From NCBI GenBank assembly GCA_949288955.1, contig CASEMS010000010.1, forward strand, positions 33,696 through 97,695: a stretch of DNA of 64,000 nt, given 5' to 3'. The position numbers and the translations under genes are program-made. Shown here in pieces: positions 15,314 to 24,620 of the stretch. Position 1 is the stretch's first letter. The number at the start of each line of letters is the position of its first letter. The notes under the pieces are model-generated. The model was not told where the DNA came from. It saw only the letters and a list, made by a program, of their open reading frames with translations, and ran no database searches. The stretch is from an uncultured Lentisphaeraceae bacterium (GTDB taxonomy: Bacteria > Verrucomicrobiota > Kiritimatiellia > RFP12 > DVOR01).

Positions 15314-16456
15314 ATGCCCCCCAAAACCGGCACCTACGAGATCCTCCACGAAGACGCCAAGAGCGGCGCCCGCCTCGGGCGCCTCTGGACGCGCCACGGC
15401 CCCATCGAGACCCCCGTCTTCATGCCCGTGGGCACCCAGGCCACCGTCAAGACCCTCGGCGCGGAGGACCTGGAGCGCCTCGGCGCCACCGTCATCCTCG
15501 GCAACACCTACCACCTCATGCTCCGCCCCGGGATGGAGGTGATGGAGACCCTCGGCGGCCTCCACGCCTTCCAAGGCTGGCGCGGCCCCATCCTCACCGA
15601 CAGCGGCGGCTTCCAGGTCTTCTCCCTCTCCTCCCTGCGCAAGATCACCGAGGAGGGCGTCGCCTTCCAATCGCACATCGACGGCCGCCGCCTCTTCATG
15701 GGCCCCAAGGAGAGCATGGCCATCCAGCGCACCCTGGGCAGCGACATCGCGATGCTCTTCGACGAGTGCATCCCCTACCCCGCCACGCCCGACTACGCCG
15801 CCAAGAGCGTCGCCCAGACCCTCCGCTGGGCCCGCGTCTGCCTCGAACAGCCCCGCGCCGAGGGCCAGCTCCGCTTCGGCATCGTCCAAGGCTCCGAATA
15901 CCCCGAGCTCCGCGCCCACTGCGCCCGCGAGCTCGCCGCCATGGAGCCCGACGGCCTCGAAGGCTTCGCCGTCGGCGGCGTCTCCGTCGGCGAGCCCGAG
16001 CCCTTCATCCTCAAAGGCATCGCCGACTCCGTCCCCCACATGCCCCGCCACCGCCCCCGCTACGTCATGGGCCTGGGCGACCTCTGGCAGATGACCGAGG
16101 CCGTCGGCATGGGCTGCGACATGTTCGACTGCGTGATCCCCACCCGCAACGCCCGCAACGGCACCGCCTTCACCCTCGACGGCCCCTACCCCGTCAAGGC
16201 CGGCGCCTGGAAGGCCTCCCCCCTCCCCGTCGAGCCCGGCTGCGACTGCCCCTGCTGCACCCGCCACACCCGCGGCTACGTCCGCCACCTCCTCAACGCC
16301 GGCGAGATGCTCGGCTACCGCCTCCTCACCCTCCACAACATCCACTGCTACCTGCGCTTCATGCGCCTCATGCGCCAAGCCATCGCCAACGACTGCTTCC
16401 TCGACTTCCGCGCCGAGGCCCACGCCCGCCTCCGCGAGCGCCCCAAGCGCGGCTGA
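15314..16456 (+). CDS. tgt: Queuine tRNA-ribosyltransferase Tgt
   Basis: MPPKTGTYEILHEDAKSGARLG...VFMPVGTQATVK...DSGGFQ...the C-terminal zinc site CDCPCCTRHTRGY; start at the ATG at 15314 downstream of the repeat. Confidence 0.9.
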   Translation: MPPKTGTYEILHEDAKSGARLGRLWTRHGPIETPVFMPVGTQATVKTLGAEDLERLGATVILGNTYHLMLRPGMEVMETLGGLHAFQGWRGPILTDSGGFQVFSLSSLRKITEEGVAFQSHIDGRRLFMGPKESMAIQRTLGSDIAMLFDECIPYPATPDYAAKSVAQTLRWARVCLEQPRAEGQLRFGIVQGSEYPELRAHCARELAAMEPDGLEGFAVGGVSVGEPEPFILKGIADSVPHMPRHRPRYVMGLGDLWQMTEAVGMGCDMFDCVIPTRNARNGTAFTLDGPYPVKAGAWKASPLPVEPGCDCPCCTRHTRGYVRHLLNAGEMLGYRLLTLHNIHCYLRFMRLMRQAIANDCFLDFRAEAHARLRERPKRG

Positions 16457-16469
16457 CCCGCCGGTGGCC

Positions 16470-17999
16470 TCACCACTGCGCGCGGTCGAGCGCGCGGTAT
16501 TGGATGGCCTCGAAGAGATGCTCCCGGGCGATGACCTCCGCGCCGGCCATGTCGGCGATGGTGCGGGCCACGCGCAGGATGCGGGCATAGGCGCGGGCCG
16601 TGAGGCCCAGCTCGTCCATCGCGGCGCGGAGGACGGCCTCGGCGGCCGGCTCCAAGGGGCAGAGGCGCTGAAGCTGGCCGGCGGGCAGGTCGGCGTTGCA
16701 CCGCACGCCGGGCAGGCCACGGTAACGCGCGGCCTGAAGGGCGCGGCAGCGCAGGACGCGCGCGCGGATGGCGGCGGAGCTTTCGCCCGGGGCCTTGCCG
16801 GCCAGGTCGCCGAAGGGCACGGCGGGCACCTCCACGTGCAGGTCGATGCGGTCCAGGAGCGGGCCGGAGACGCGGGCGCGGTAACGGCGGATGGCCGGCT
16901 CGGCGCAGCGGCAGGCGCGCTTGGGGTCGCCCGCGAAGCCGCAGGGGCACGGGTTCATCGCCGCCACGAGCATGAAGTCCGCCGGGAAGGTCAGCGTACC
17001 GGCGGAGCGGGCGATGGTGACGGCGCCATCCTCCAGCGGCTGGCGGAGCACCTCCAGCACGTGGCGGTGGAACTCCGGCAGCTCGTCGAGGAAGAGGACG
17101 CCGCGGTGGGCCAGGGAGACCTCGCCGGGGGTGGGGTGCGTGCCGCCGCCGATCAGCCCCGCGTCGCTCACCGTGTGGTGGGGGGCGCGGAAGGGACGGC
17201 GGGCGACGAGGCCGCCGCGCAGGGCGCCGGCCACGGAGTGGATGGCCGTGACCTCCAAGGCCTCGTCGGGCGTCAGGGGCGGGAGGATGGTGGGGATGCG
17301 CCGCGCAAGCATGGTCTTGCCGCTGCCCGGGGAGCCGATGAGCAGGAGATTGTGCCCGCCGCTCACCGCCACCTCCACCGCGCGGCGGGCGAGCGCCTGG
17401 CCGCGCACGTCCGCGAAGTCCTCCCCGCCGGCCGCGCCGGCGGCCAGAAGCGCGTCGCGGTCGACGCGGTGGGGCGCGGGGGCGGCCTCCCCGGAGAGGA
17501 GGGCGACGGCGTGGCGGAGGTCGCGCACGGGCCAGACCTCGATGCCCTCGACCAAGGCGGCCTCGTCGGCGTTGGCCTCCGGCACCACCACGGCCTTGAA
17601 GCCCCGCGCACGCAAAGCCAGGGCGATGGGCAGCGCGCCGCGGATCCGGCGCACCTCGCCGCCGAGCGCCAGCTCGCCCAGCGCGGGCACGCGGCCAAGC
17701 AGCGGCAGGGAGACGCCGCCCCCGGAGGCCAGCAGGGCCAAGGCGATGGGCAGGTCGTAGACGGGGCCCTCCTTGCGCAGGTCGGCGGGGGCGAGGTTGA
17801 TGGTCACGCCCATAGGCTTGAGGCGGAAGAGGGAGTTGCGCAGGGCGGCGCGGACGCGGTCGACGCTCTCCTTCACCGCCGTGTCGGGGAGGCCGACGAC
17901 GCGGGTGCGCGGCTCCTCGGCGGAGACGGCGTGGACTTCGATCTCGACAGGCTCGGCGCCGATGCCGAGCACCGCCGCGGCGTAGGCTTTCGTCAGCAT
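16470..17999 (-). CDS. comM: YifB/ComM family Mg-chelatase-like AAA+ ATPase
   Basis: MLTKAYAAAVLGIGAEPVEIEVH..., a Lon-like N-domain, Walker A GSPGSGKTM, LFLDELPEF, and the C-terminal zinc-ribbon-like CPCGFAGDPKRACRC. Confidence 0.85.
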   Translation of the reverse strand: MLTKAYAAAVLGIGAEPVEIEVHAVSAEEPRTRVVGLPDTAVKESVDRVRAALRNSLFRLKPMGVTINLAPADLRKEGPVYDLPIALALLASGGGVSLPLLGRVPALGELALGGEVRRIRGALPIALALRARGFKAVVVPEANADEAALVEGIEVWPVRDLRHAVALLSGEAAPAPHRVDRDALLAAGAAGGEDFADVRGQALARRAVEVAVSGGHNLLLIGSPGSGKTMLARRIPTILPPLTPDEALEVTAIHSVAGALRGGLVARRPFRAPHHTVSDAGLIGGGTHPTPGEVSLAHRGVLFLDELPEFHRHVLEVLRQPLEDGAVTIARSAGTLTFPADFMLVAAMNPCPCGFAGDPKRACRCAEPAIRRYRARVSGPLLDRIDLHVEVPAVPFGDLAGKAPGESSAAIRARVLRCRALQAARYRGLPGVRCNADLPAGQLQRLCPLEPAAEAVLRAAMDELGLTARAYARILRVARTIADMAGAEVIAREHLFEAIQYRALDRAQW

Positions 18000-18916
18000 G
18001 GGGCAATCTCCCGCAGGAAGGTTTGGGGCTCGGAGCGGGCGTCGTCCGCCCGCCACACCCAGGTGGCGAAGGCGGGGCGGGCGGGCTCCAGGTCGATGAC
18101 GCGGACGCCGCTCTGGGGCCGCTCGCGGCGGTTGGGGCCGCCGGAGTAACGGCCATACATCAGGGGCAGCCCGTGCCAGGCGGCGGCCCCGTCGTGGCCG
18201 TGGGCGTGGCCGAAGGCGAGGCCGAGCGCGCGCGGGCTCCCCAACAGGGCGAGGGCCAGGCCGACATTGACGGGCGTGGGGTGGAGGGGGCGCGTGGCGT
18301 CCGGCCACAGCTCGCGCACCTCCGGCGGCGGGATGTGGCAGAGGGCGAGGCCGGGGGCCTCGGCGGCGACGAGGCTTCGGCGGAGCCACGCCACGTGCTC
18401 GGGGGTGGGCCAGCCATAGCCGCCGACCTTCGCGCGGGCGGGCAGCGTGCGGCGGATGGAGGATTCCTGCGAGTCGAGGCACCACAGCCAACGGCGCGGC
18501 GCCTCGCCCTCGGTCGGCAGGATGGGCAGGGCGAAGGTGCCGCCGCCGCGAAGCCCCGCCGCCTCCTCCCCCGCCACGCACCCGGGCAGGGCGCGGACGA
18601 GGCGCATGACGTCGCGGTGGCCGAGGCCCCGCGCGGGGTCGACGTCGTGGTTGCCCAGGACGGCGCACCAAGGGATGCCGCGCCGGGCCATCGGCGCGGT
18701 GAGGCGGGCCCACCCCGCTTCGACGCGCGGCGGCTCCACGGCGTCGCCGAGGTGGACGACGAGGTTGGGGCGGAGCGCGTCGAGGGCGGCATCGAGGAGG
18801 GCGTCGACCTCGGCGTGGCCGGGGTCGCCCAAGTCGTAATGCGTGTCGGCGAGCAGAAGGAGTCGGAAGGGGAGGGCGAAGCCCTCGGCGCTCGCGGGGA
18901 AGCGAAGCGGGCTCAT
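17993..18916 (-). CDS. Calcineurin-like metallophosphoesterase
   Basis: MSPLRFPASAEG...LLLLADTHYDLGDP...VVHLGD...VLGNHD...GHAHGHD are the metallophosphatase motifs (DxH, GD, GNHD, GHxH). It overlaps the next gene by ATGA. Confidence 0.7.
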   Translation of the reverse strand: MSPLRFPASAEGFALPFRLLLLADTHYDLGDPGHAEVDALLDAALDALRPNLVVHLGDAVEPPRVEAGWARLTAPMARRGIPWCAVLGNHDVDPARGLGHRDVMRLVRALPGCVAGEEAAGLRGGGTFALPILPTEGEAPRRWLWCLDSQESSIRRTLPARAKVGGYGWPTPEHVAWLRRSLVAAEAPGLALCHIPPPEVRELWPDATRPLHPTPVNVGLALALLGSPRALGLAFGHAHGHDGAAAWHGLPLMYGRYSGGPNRRERPQSGVRVIDLEPARPAFATWVWRADDARSEPQTFLREIAPC

Positions 18917-20748
18917 TGGACGAGGGCGCGGAGGGTGTCGAGTGCGCGGACGATGGGTTTGTCGCCGCAGCCCTCGGCGGCGGCCTGCTCGTAGGCCAAC
19001 TCGTCGCGGAAGAGGGCCTTGTCCTTGCCGCCGGTGTCGCGGAGGAACTGGGTGGCGGCGTCGGAGCAGAGGAGGAAGAACCACGGGCTTTGGTTGACGG
19101 AGACGTTGGGGAGGCCCTGGTAGGTCGGCTCCTTGGCCTTCCAGTATTTGAGGGCGGCGGTGCGGGCGTTCTTGGCGGCGGAGGGGGAGACGGGGGTCTT
19201 GAGGCCGATGGCGGCGTAGGCGCGGGCGGCGGTGAGCATCCGGAGCATCCCCGCGCTGTCCTTCATCTGGCGGTACTCGGCGGCCAGCGCGTTGAAGGTG
19301 TCCCCGTCCATCGGGTTTTGGAGGAAGACGCTCTCCAGCAACGCCACGCGGCGGGGCTGGGAGAGACGCAGCAGGTCGATGATCGCGCGGGCGATGCGGG
19401 CGTCCTCGTAGGCTTGGAGGCCCTGGTTGAGGGTGGCGGCCAGGCCCATGAACCAACGGTGCTGGACGGGCTGCGCGGCGCCGGTGGCGGTGAGCGGGGG
19501 CGAGAGGAACCACGGCGCGCTGCTGCCGGTGCCGGTGAAGGCGTTGTCCGAGCAGCTCATGTGGTAGCCGTAGCTGCCCTTCTGTCCGGTGAACCAAAAC
19601 TTGCCGTCGGGCGGGGCGGCGACGGGCGTGGCGGGGACGTTGACGGCGTTGAGGCCCCAGGCCCAGGAGCGGCCCCCCTGGTCCTTCTTGGAGCCGTTGT
19701 AGATGCGGATGAACTTGTCCGGGTGCCAGTTGCTGCGGGCGTAGCGGAAGGTGGGGCTCTTGGTGTCGAGGTTCGCGCCGCCGCCCCCCATGACGGCCTG
19801 GCCCAGGCCCAGGGCGGGGATCTCCTTGTGCTTGACGAACTGGGCGAAGAGGAAGCTCGTCTCGTCGATCTGCGCCAGGTCGGCCAGATAGAGGAGGATG
19901 GGCCACTCCGCGCGCTCCATGCGGAAGTCGGGGCGGTTGGCGGTCCTGGCGGGGATGCGGCCGTTGCGCCAGATCTTGAGGAGGGCCGCGCGCTGGGGCG
20001 TGGGCGTGCAGTCGACGTAGGGCGGGTGGATCCTGCCGCCGAGGGCGACGTTCTCCCAGTTGGGGAACTTGGTGAGCATGGGCGGGTCGTCGGGCTTCTT
20101 GCGCACCATCATGTTGATCTCGTGCAGCGGCATCGCCATCAGCTCGGGGATGGTGAGGGGTGGGCGCGTGGAGATGAGCGACTGCGGCCCGGCCACCCAC
20201 TCGCCGAGCGCCCGCTCCTCCGCCGTCACCTCCGGGAAGTCCTCCTCCGAGAGGAGGGCGAAGTCGCCCCCCTTGCCCTTGCGCGTCTCGGAGACCAGGC
20301 GCTCCAACCGCGCCGGGTCCCACGCCTCCTTGGCGCGGTCGATGGGGAAAGGCTCGGCGCGGTGGCGGATGGCATAGGCCAGGGCCAGCTGGCGCCACTT
20401 GTCCAGCCCCTGGGGGCCGAGCGCCAGCCCCATCCGCTGGAAGTTCAGCAGGATGTTCGGGTTCGCCGGCCACTCCGCCGCCGCCGCCGCCGAGAGCACG
20501 GCGGGCCGCTGGCGCAGCCACCGCCACGTCGCCTCGTTGATCTTGTTCGGGCCGTACTTCGCCTGCGTCACCGCCACGACGTACTCCAGATAGGCCGCGC
20601 GCACCGCGGGGGTGAACGCCCCGTCCGCCGCGCGCAGCGCCTGGTCAACCTTCCGCCGGGCCTCCTCCGTCGCCGAAGGCGCCTCCCCACGCACGGCGCC
20701 CGCAAAGGCCGCCGCCACGCACAACGCTACCGCAATGAACCGTCTCAT
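18913..20748 (-). CDS. Hypothetical secreted protein (611 aa, signal peptide), function unknown
   Basis: A signal peptide MRRFIAVALCVAAAFAGAVRG and a long ORF with native GC and codon usage; no family recognised from sequence alone. Confidence 0.5.
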   Translation of the reverse strand: MRRFIAVALCVAAAFAGAVRGEAPSATEEARRKVDQALRAADGAFTPAVRAAYLEYVVAVTQAKYGPNKINEATWRWLRQRPAVLSAAAAAEWPANPNILLNFQRMGLALGPQGLDKWRQLALAYAIRHRAEPFPIDRAKEAWDPARLERLVSETRKGKGGDFALLSEEDFPEVTAEERALGEWVAGPQSLISTRPPLTIPELMAMPLHEINMMVRKKPDDPPMLTKFPNWENVALGGRIHPPYVDCTPTPQRAALLKIWRNGRIPARTANRPDFRMERAEWPILLYLADLAQIDETSFLFAQFVKHKEIPALGLGQAVMGGGGANLDTKSPTFRYARSNWHPDKFIRIYNGSKKDQGGRSWAWGLNAVNVPATPVAAPPDGKFWFTGQKGSYGYHMSCSDNAFTGTGSSAPWFLSPPLTATGAAQPVQHRWFMGLAATLNQGLQAYEDARIARAIIDLLRLSQPRRVALLESVFLQNPMDGDTFNALAAEYRQMKDSAGMLRMLTAARAYAAIGLKTPVSPSAAKNARTAALKYWKAKEPTYQGLPNVSVNQSPWFFLLCSDAATQFLRDTGGKDKALFRDELAYEQAAAEGCGDKPIVRALDTLRALVQ

Positions 20749-20848
20749 GGCATTACTTTAGCAAAACCACCCCGCCCTGTGAAGCGCGCCCCCCTCCGGC
20801 CGCCAATCGGCTATAATAACAGCCCACAGACCCAACCCAAGGAACGCC

Positions 20849-21655
20849 ATGAAGCAAGTCCCCGACCATTTCCCCTCCCCCATCGCCCGCCTCCGCTGGG
20901 TGCTCAAAGCCCTCCGCGCCCCCGACGGCTGCCCCTGGGACCGCGCCCAGACCCTCAAGACCATCGAGCCCTGCCTCCAAGAGGAATGCTACGAGCTGCT
21001 CGACGCCATGGCCTCCGACGACCTCCCCCACCACCGCGAGGAGCTCGGCGACGTCCTCCTCCAAATCCTCTTCCAGTGCGACATCCGCGAGGAGCAAGGC
21101 GCCTTCGGCTTCGACGACGTGGTGGACGCCCTCGCCGACAAGCTCATCCGCCGCCACCCCCACGTCTTCGGCCAGGCCGCCGCCGATGACACCGAGCAGG
21201 CCCTCAAGAACTGGGAGCGCATCAAGCAGACCGAGCGCAAAAGCCCCAAAGCCTCCGCCCTCGACGGCGTCCCCCCCGCCCTCCCCGCCCTCCTCCGCGC
21301 CCAACGCACCCAACACAAGGCCGCCAAGGTCGGCTTCGACTGGAAAGGCGCCGAAGGCCCCGACGCCAAACTCGACGAAGAGATCGCCGAGCTCCGCGCC
21401 GCCATGCGCGAAGGCCGCCAGGAAGGCGTCGCCGAAGAGCTGGGCGACGCCCTCTTCACCCTCGTCAACCTCGCCCGCCACCTCAACGTCGACGCCGAGA
21501 GCGCCCTCCGCGCCGCCACCGACAAGTTCGCCCGCCGCTTCAAGGCCGTCGAGCGGCGCGTCAAAGACGCCGGCCGCGACATGGCCGCCCTCACCCTCCC
21601 CGAGCTCGACGCCGTCTGGGACGCCGTGAAGGCCGACGCGCGCCACGATGCGTGA
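20849..21655 (+). CDS. mazG: Nucleoside triphosphate pyrophosphohydrolase MazG
   Basis: Tandem MazG EExxE motifs (EECYELLDA... and EELGDVLLQ / EELGDALFTLVNLARHL). Preceded by TATAAT (20811-20816) and an SD aagga. Confidence 0.85.
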   Translation: MKQVPDHFPSPIARLRWVLKALRAPDGCPWDRAQTLKTIEPCLQEECYELLDAMASDDLPHHREELGDVLLQILFQCDIREEQGAFGFDDVVDALADKLIRRHPHVFGQAAADDTEQALKNWERIKQTERKSPKASALDGVPPALPALLRAQRTQHKAAKVGFDWKGAEGPDAKLDEEIAELRAAMREGRQEGVAEELGDALFTLVNLARHLNVDAESALRAATDKFARRFKAVERRVKDAGRDMAALTLPELDAVWDAVKADARHDA

Positions 21656-21668
21656 GGGACGCCCCGCC

Positions 21669-22538
21669 ATGACCGCCGCCCCCGCCCCCGCCACCTTCGT
21701 CGCCCTCGACAGCGACGGCACCGTCCTCGACACCATGGGCCCCAAGCAGCACCGCTTCCTCCAGCCCATGCTCGCCGACGCCCTCCGCCTGGAAGGCCCC
21801 CTCCGCGACGCCTACTTCGCCTGCGCCGACTTCGTCAACCTCCGCTCCGCCGCCCGCGGCATCACCCGCTTCAACGCCGTCCTCCTCGCCCTCACCCTCC
21901 TCAACCGCCACCCCGCCTACCGCGCCTCCGGCCGCCCCCCCCTCCCCCTCGCCCCCCTCCGCGCCTTCGTCGCCAGCGGCCTCCCCCAATCCGACGCCGC
22001 CCTCGACGCCTGGCTCCGCCAACACCCCGACCCCCTCCTCCGCACCCTCCTCCAATGGGGCCGCGCCGTCAACGCCGCCATCCTCGGCTCCGGCGCCGTC
22101 TTCGACGTCTTCCCCGGCGTCGCCGACGCCCTCGCCGCCATGCACCGCGCCAGCACGCTCGGCATCGTCTCCCAATCCCCCGAACGCGTCCTCCGCCAAG
22201 ACTGGGGCGCCCACGGCCTCCTCGCCCACGTCGACGCCGTCGCCGGCCAGGAACTCGGCGCCAAGGCCGCCCAACTCGACGCCCTCACCCGCGCCTACCC
22301 CCCCCACGCCGTCCTCATGGTCGGCGACGCCTTCGGCGACCTCCAGGCCGCCCGCGCCCGCGGCTGCCGCTTCTTCCCCATCCTCCCCGACCACGAGGCC
22401 GCCTCCTGGCGCACCCTCGCCCACGAGATCTACCCCGCCTTCCTCGCCGGCGCCTACGCCCCCGAGCGCGAAGCCACCCTCATCGCCGCCTTCACCCACG
22501 CCCTCCCCTCCCCCGACTCCCCCCCCTGGGAACGCTGA
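21669..22538 (+). CDS. HAD-superfamily hydrolase
   Basis: FVALDSDGTVLDT (DxDGT motif I) ... MVGDAFGDLQAA (motif IV DD-like). Confidence 0.55.
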   Translation: MTAAPAPATFVALDSDGTVLDTMGPKQHRFLQPMLADALRLEGPLRDAYFACADFVNLRSAARGITRFNAVLLALTLLNRHPAYRASGRPPLPLAPLRAFVASGLPQSDAALDAWLRQHPDPLLRTLLQWGRAVNAAILGSGAVFDVFPGVADALAAMHRASTLGIVSQSPERVLRQDWGAHGLLAHVDAVAGQELGAKAAQLDALTRAYPPHAVLMVGDAFGDLQAARARGCRFFPILPDHEAASWRTLAHEIYPAFLAGAYAPEREATLIAAFTHALPSPDSPPWER

Positions 22539-22618
22539 CGGCAGGGAAAAGGGACGCCCCGGATCGCCCAAACGTCCCGAAAATCCCTCAGGCCATTCAG
22601 AGCCCTCCCCCGCCTCTC

Positions 22619-22684
22619 TGAGGATCGGCGGCTGATCCACTGAGGATCGGCGGCTGATCCTCCCCCGATCGGCGGCTGATCCAA
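22619..22684. repeat. 22-bp REP-like tandem family, locus 4 (3 units)
   Basis: gaggatcggcggctgatccactgaggatcggcggctgatcctcccccgatcggcggctgatcc. Confidence 0.75.
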
Positions 22685-22803
22685 AGTTATCAACAACCCC
22701 ACCTTCCAAGCCCCGGGGAAAACCCGGCCGTTGGCGAGGGCGTTTGGGCTTTCGCCAAGCCTCTTTGGCGGCTTGGGCGGGAAGGTTCCCCGGCGGCGCG
22801 CGC

Positions 22804-23361
22804 CTAAGCGTCGCGCAGCGTGCGGGGGCGGATGGGGCGGGCGGGGTTGCCGGCGGCGACGGTCCAGGGTGGGATGGGCTTGGTGGCGACGGCGGCGGCG
22901 GCGAGGACCGCGCCTTCGCCGAGGTCGACGCCGGGGAGGACGACGGCGCGGGCGCAGACCCACGCCTGCGGGCCGATGGCGATGGGCGCGGTGGTCAGCT
23001 CCATGATCGGGCTGGAAAGGTCGTGCGAGGCGGTGCAGAGGAAGGCGTCCTGGGAGACGACCGCCTGGTCGCCAAGCGTGACATCGGCGGCGTTGTAGCA
23101 ATCGACGCGTTCGGAGAGGCAGCTGTGCGCGCCCATCGTCAGCCGCCACGGCTGCCAGATGCGGCAGGAGGGGAGGACATTCGCCCCGGGCCCCAGCTTG
23201 GCGCCGAAGCACCGCAGCAGGAAAGCCCGCCAAGGCCGGAAGAGCGTCCCCCTCGGCGTCGGGCGGAAGAGCAGCGCCCAAACGACCATCCAAAGGGCGC
23301 GCGCCAGTTTGCTCTTGAGGGAATGACGGTTCCTGTAATCCTGCAAATGAAGCTGGCCCAT
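22804..23361 (-). CDS. WcaF-like hexapeptide-repeat (LbH) polysaccharide O-acetyltransferase
   Basis: WRAFLLRCFGAKLG...LTMGAHSCLSERVDCYNAADVTLGDQAVVSQDAFLCTASHD...GNPARPI closely resembles colanic-acid acetyltransferase WcaF. The alternative start at 23397 is less likely. Confidence 0.7.
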   Translation of the reverse strand: MGQLHLQDYRNRHSLKSKLARALWMVVWALLFRPTPRGTLFRPWRAFLLRCFGAKLGPGANVLPSCRIWQPWRLTMGAHSCLSERVDCYNAADVTLGDQAVVSQDAFLCTASHDLSSPIMELTTAPIAIGPQAWVCARAVVLPGVDLGEGAVLAAAAVATKPIPPWTVAAGNPARPIRPRTLRDA

Positions 23362-23450
23362 CAAAAAGGTACCTTTTTTCTCTGCCACCTCCCGCACCGC
23401 GTTTGCTATACTTATGCGTAGTTTGATGGCAGAGAAAAAAGGTACGTTTT
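23362..23450. promoter_or_regulatory. Mirror-symmetric divergent promoter/leader region: two inverted copies of TGGCAGAGAAAAAAGGTAC(C/G)TTTT flanking an extended -10 (TTGCTATACT, 23409-23420)
   Basis: The minus-strand copy is at 23362-23387 (which includes the KpnI-centred perfect palindrome AAAAAGGTACCTTTTT). The plus-strand copy is at 23425-23450. Each ends right at the ATG of its gene (acetyltransferase on the left, pyruvyl transferase on the right). Confidence 0.5.
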
Positions 23451-24620
23451 ATGTGTCAGGGCGGGCTTTCCGTTGGGATTGCGACGATTTTCGACTGCGA
23501 CAACTACGGCGCGGAACTGCAGGCGTATGCGTTGGCGCGGGTGTTGGGGGCGATGGGGCATGAGGCACGGCTGATCGATTACCCGTTTTACAAGAGCCCG
23601 CGTTTCCGACGGACGGCGCTTGCGGCGCCGGTGGTGCCGCTCTCGCCGCTGAACCAAGTGAAGGAGTGGGTGGCGGCGGCGCGCCGGGCGGTGGGGCGTC
23701 GGGTGCGGGGGGAGGCGGCACGGCGGCGGGATGGGGCCTTCGCGGCGTTCCGGGAGGGAATCCCGCGGACGCGGCTTTACGCGACGTTTGACGCATTGGT
23801 GGCGGAGCCGCCGTGCTGCGACGTCTACCTCACGGGGAGCGACCAGGTGTGGAACCCACGGATGGGGGCGACGCTGAGACCGTATTTCCTGGACTTTCTG
23901 CCCGAGGGGGCGCGGCGTTTGGCCTATGGGGCGAGCTTCGGCGTGGGCGCGTTGCCGGCGGCGGTGGAGGCGCAGTATCGGCAGTGGCTGGCGCGTTACG
24001 AGGCGGTGGGGTGCCGGGAGGCCTCGGGGGTGGCGCTGATGGGGCGGCTGTGCCCGGCCGTGCCGACGGCGCAGGTGCTGGACCCGACGTTGCTCCTGGA
24101 CGCGGCGGGGTGGGAAGCGGTGGCGGAGGCGCCGCGCGCGGCGGCGCCCTATGTGCTGGTCTACGACCTGGTCGCGGCGCCGGGGCTGTGGCCTTTGGCG
24201 CGGCGTTGGGCGCAAACATTGGGGGCGCAGGTGGTGCGGGTGTGCGGGACGCCCTTCGACCGCGCGCGCCCCGGCGCCCTCAACATCCGCGACGCGGGGC
24301 CGGCGGCCTTCCTGGGGCTCTTCGCCAACGCCTCGGCCGTGGTGACCACGTCGTTCCACGGCACGGTCTTCGCGCTGCTCTTCGGCAAACCTTTCCACTC
24401 GGTCATACCGCGCGGGATGGCCAACTCGGGGCGGCAACGCAGCCTCTTGGCGACCGTCGGGCTCGAAGACCGCCTCATCGCCGAGGCGGACGCGCCCGGG
24501 ACGGCGCCGAAGGCGGCGATCGATTGGGGGGCGGTGCGCGGGCGGTTGGAGGCGGCCCGGGCCGCGTCGCTCGGGTTCCTGTCCACGGCGTTGGAAGGAG
24601 GCTTCCGCCATGCCCCTTGA
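23451..24620 (+). CDS. Polysaccharide pyruvyl transferase family protein (WcaK/CsaB-like)
   Basis: IATIFDCDNYGAELQAYALARVL...YLTGSDQVWNP...VVTTSFHGTVFALLFGKPF are the conserved PS_pyruv_trans features. Confidence 0.75.
   Translation: MCQGGLSVGIATIFDCDNYGAELQAYALARVLGAMGHEARLIDYPFYKSPRFRRTALAAPVVPLSPLNQVKEWVAAARRAVGRRVRGEAARRRDGAFAAFREGIPRTRLYATFDALVAEPPCCDVYLTGSDQVWNPRMGATLRPYFLDFLPEGARRLAYGASFGVGALPAAVEAQYRQWLARYEAVGCREASGVALMGRLCPAVPTAQVLDPTLLLDAAGWEAVAEAPRAAAPYVLVYDLVAAPGLWPLARRWAQTLGAQVVRVCGTPFDRARPGALNIRDAGPAAFLGLFANASAVVTTSFHGTVFALLFGKPFHSVIPRGMANSGRQRSLLATVGLEDRLIAEADAPGTAPKAAIDWGAVRGRLEAARAASLGFLSTALEGGFRHAP

Noticed and set aside
20753-21769. 338-aa minus-strand ORF antisense to mazG and the HAD hydrolase
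   Set aside because: It is antisense to two confidently identified genes and has a Gly/Ala/Glu low-complexity product.
23361-23397. Longer start (MREVAEKKGTFL) for the WcaF-like acetyltransferase
   Set aside because: The extra codons are the AT-rich mirrored leader motif. WcaF homologues begin near the MGQL position; kept as a less likely alternative.
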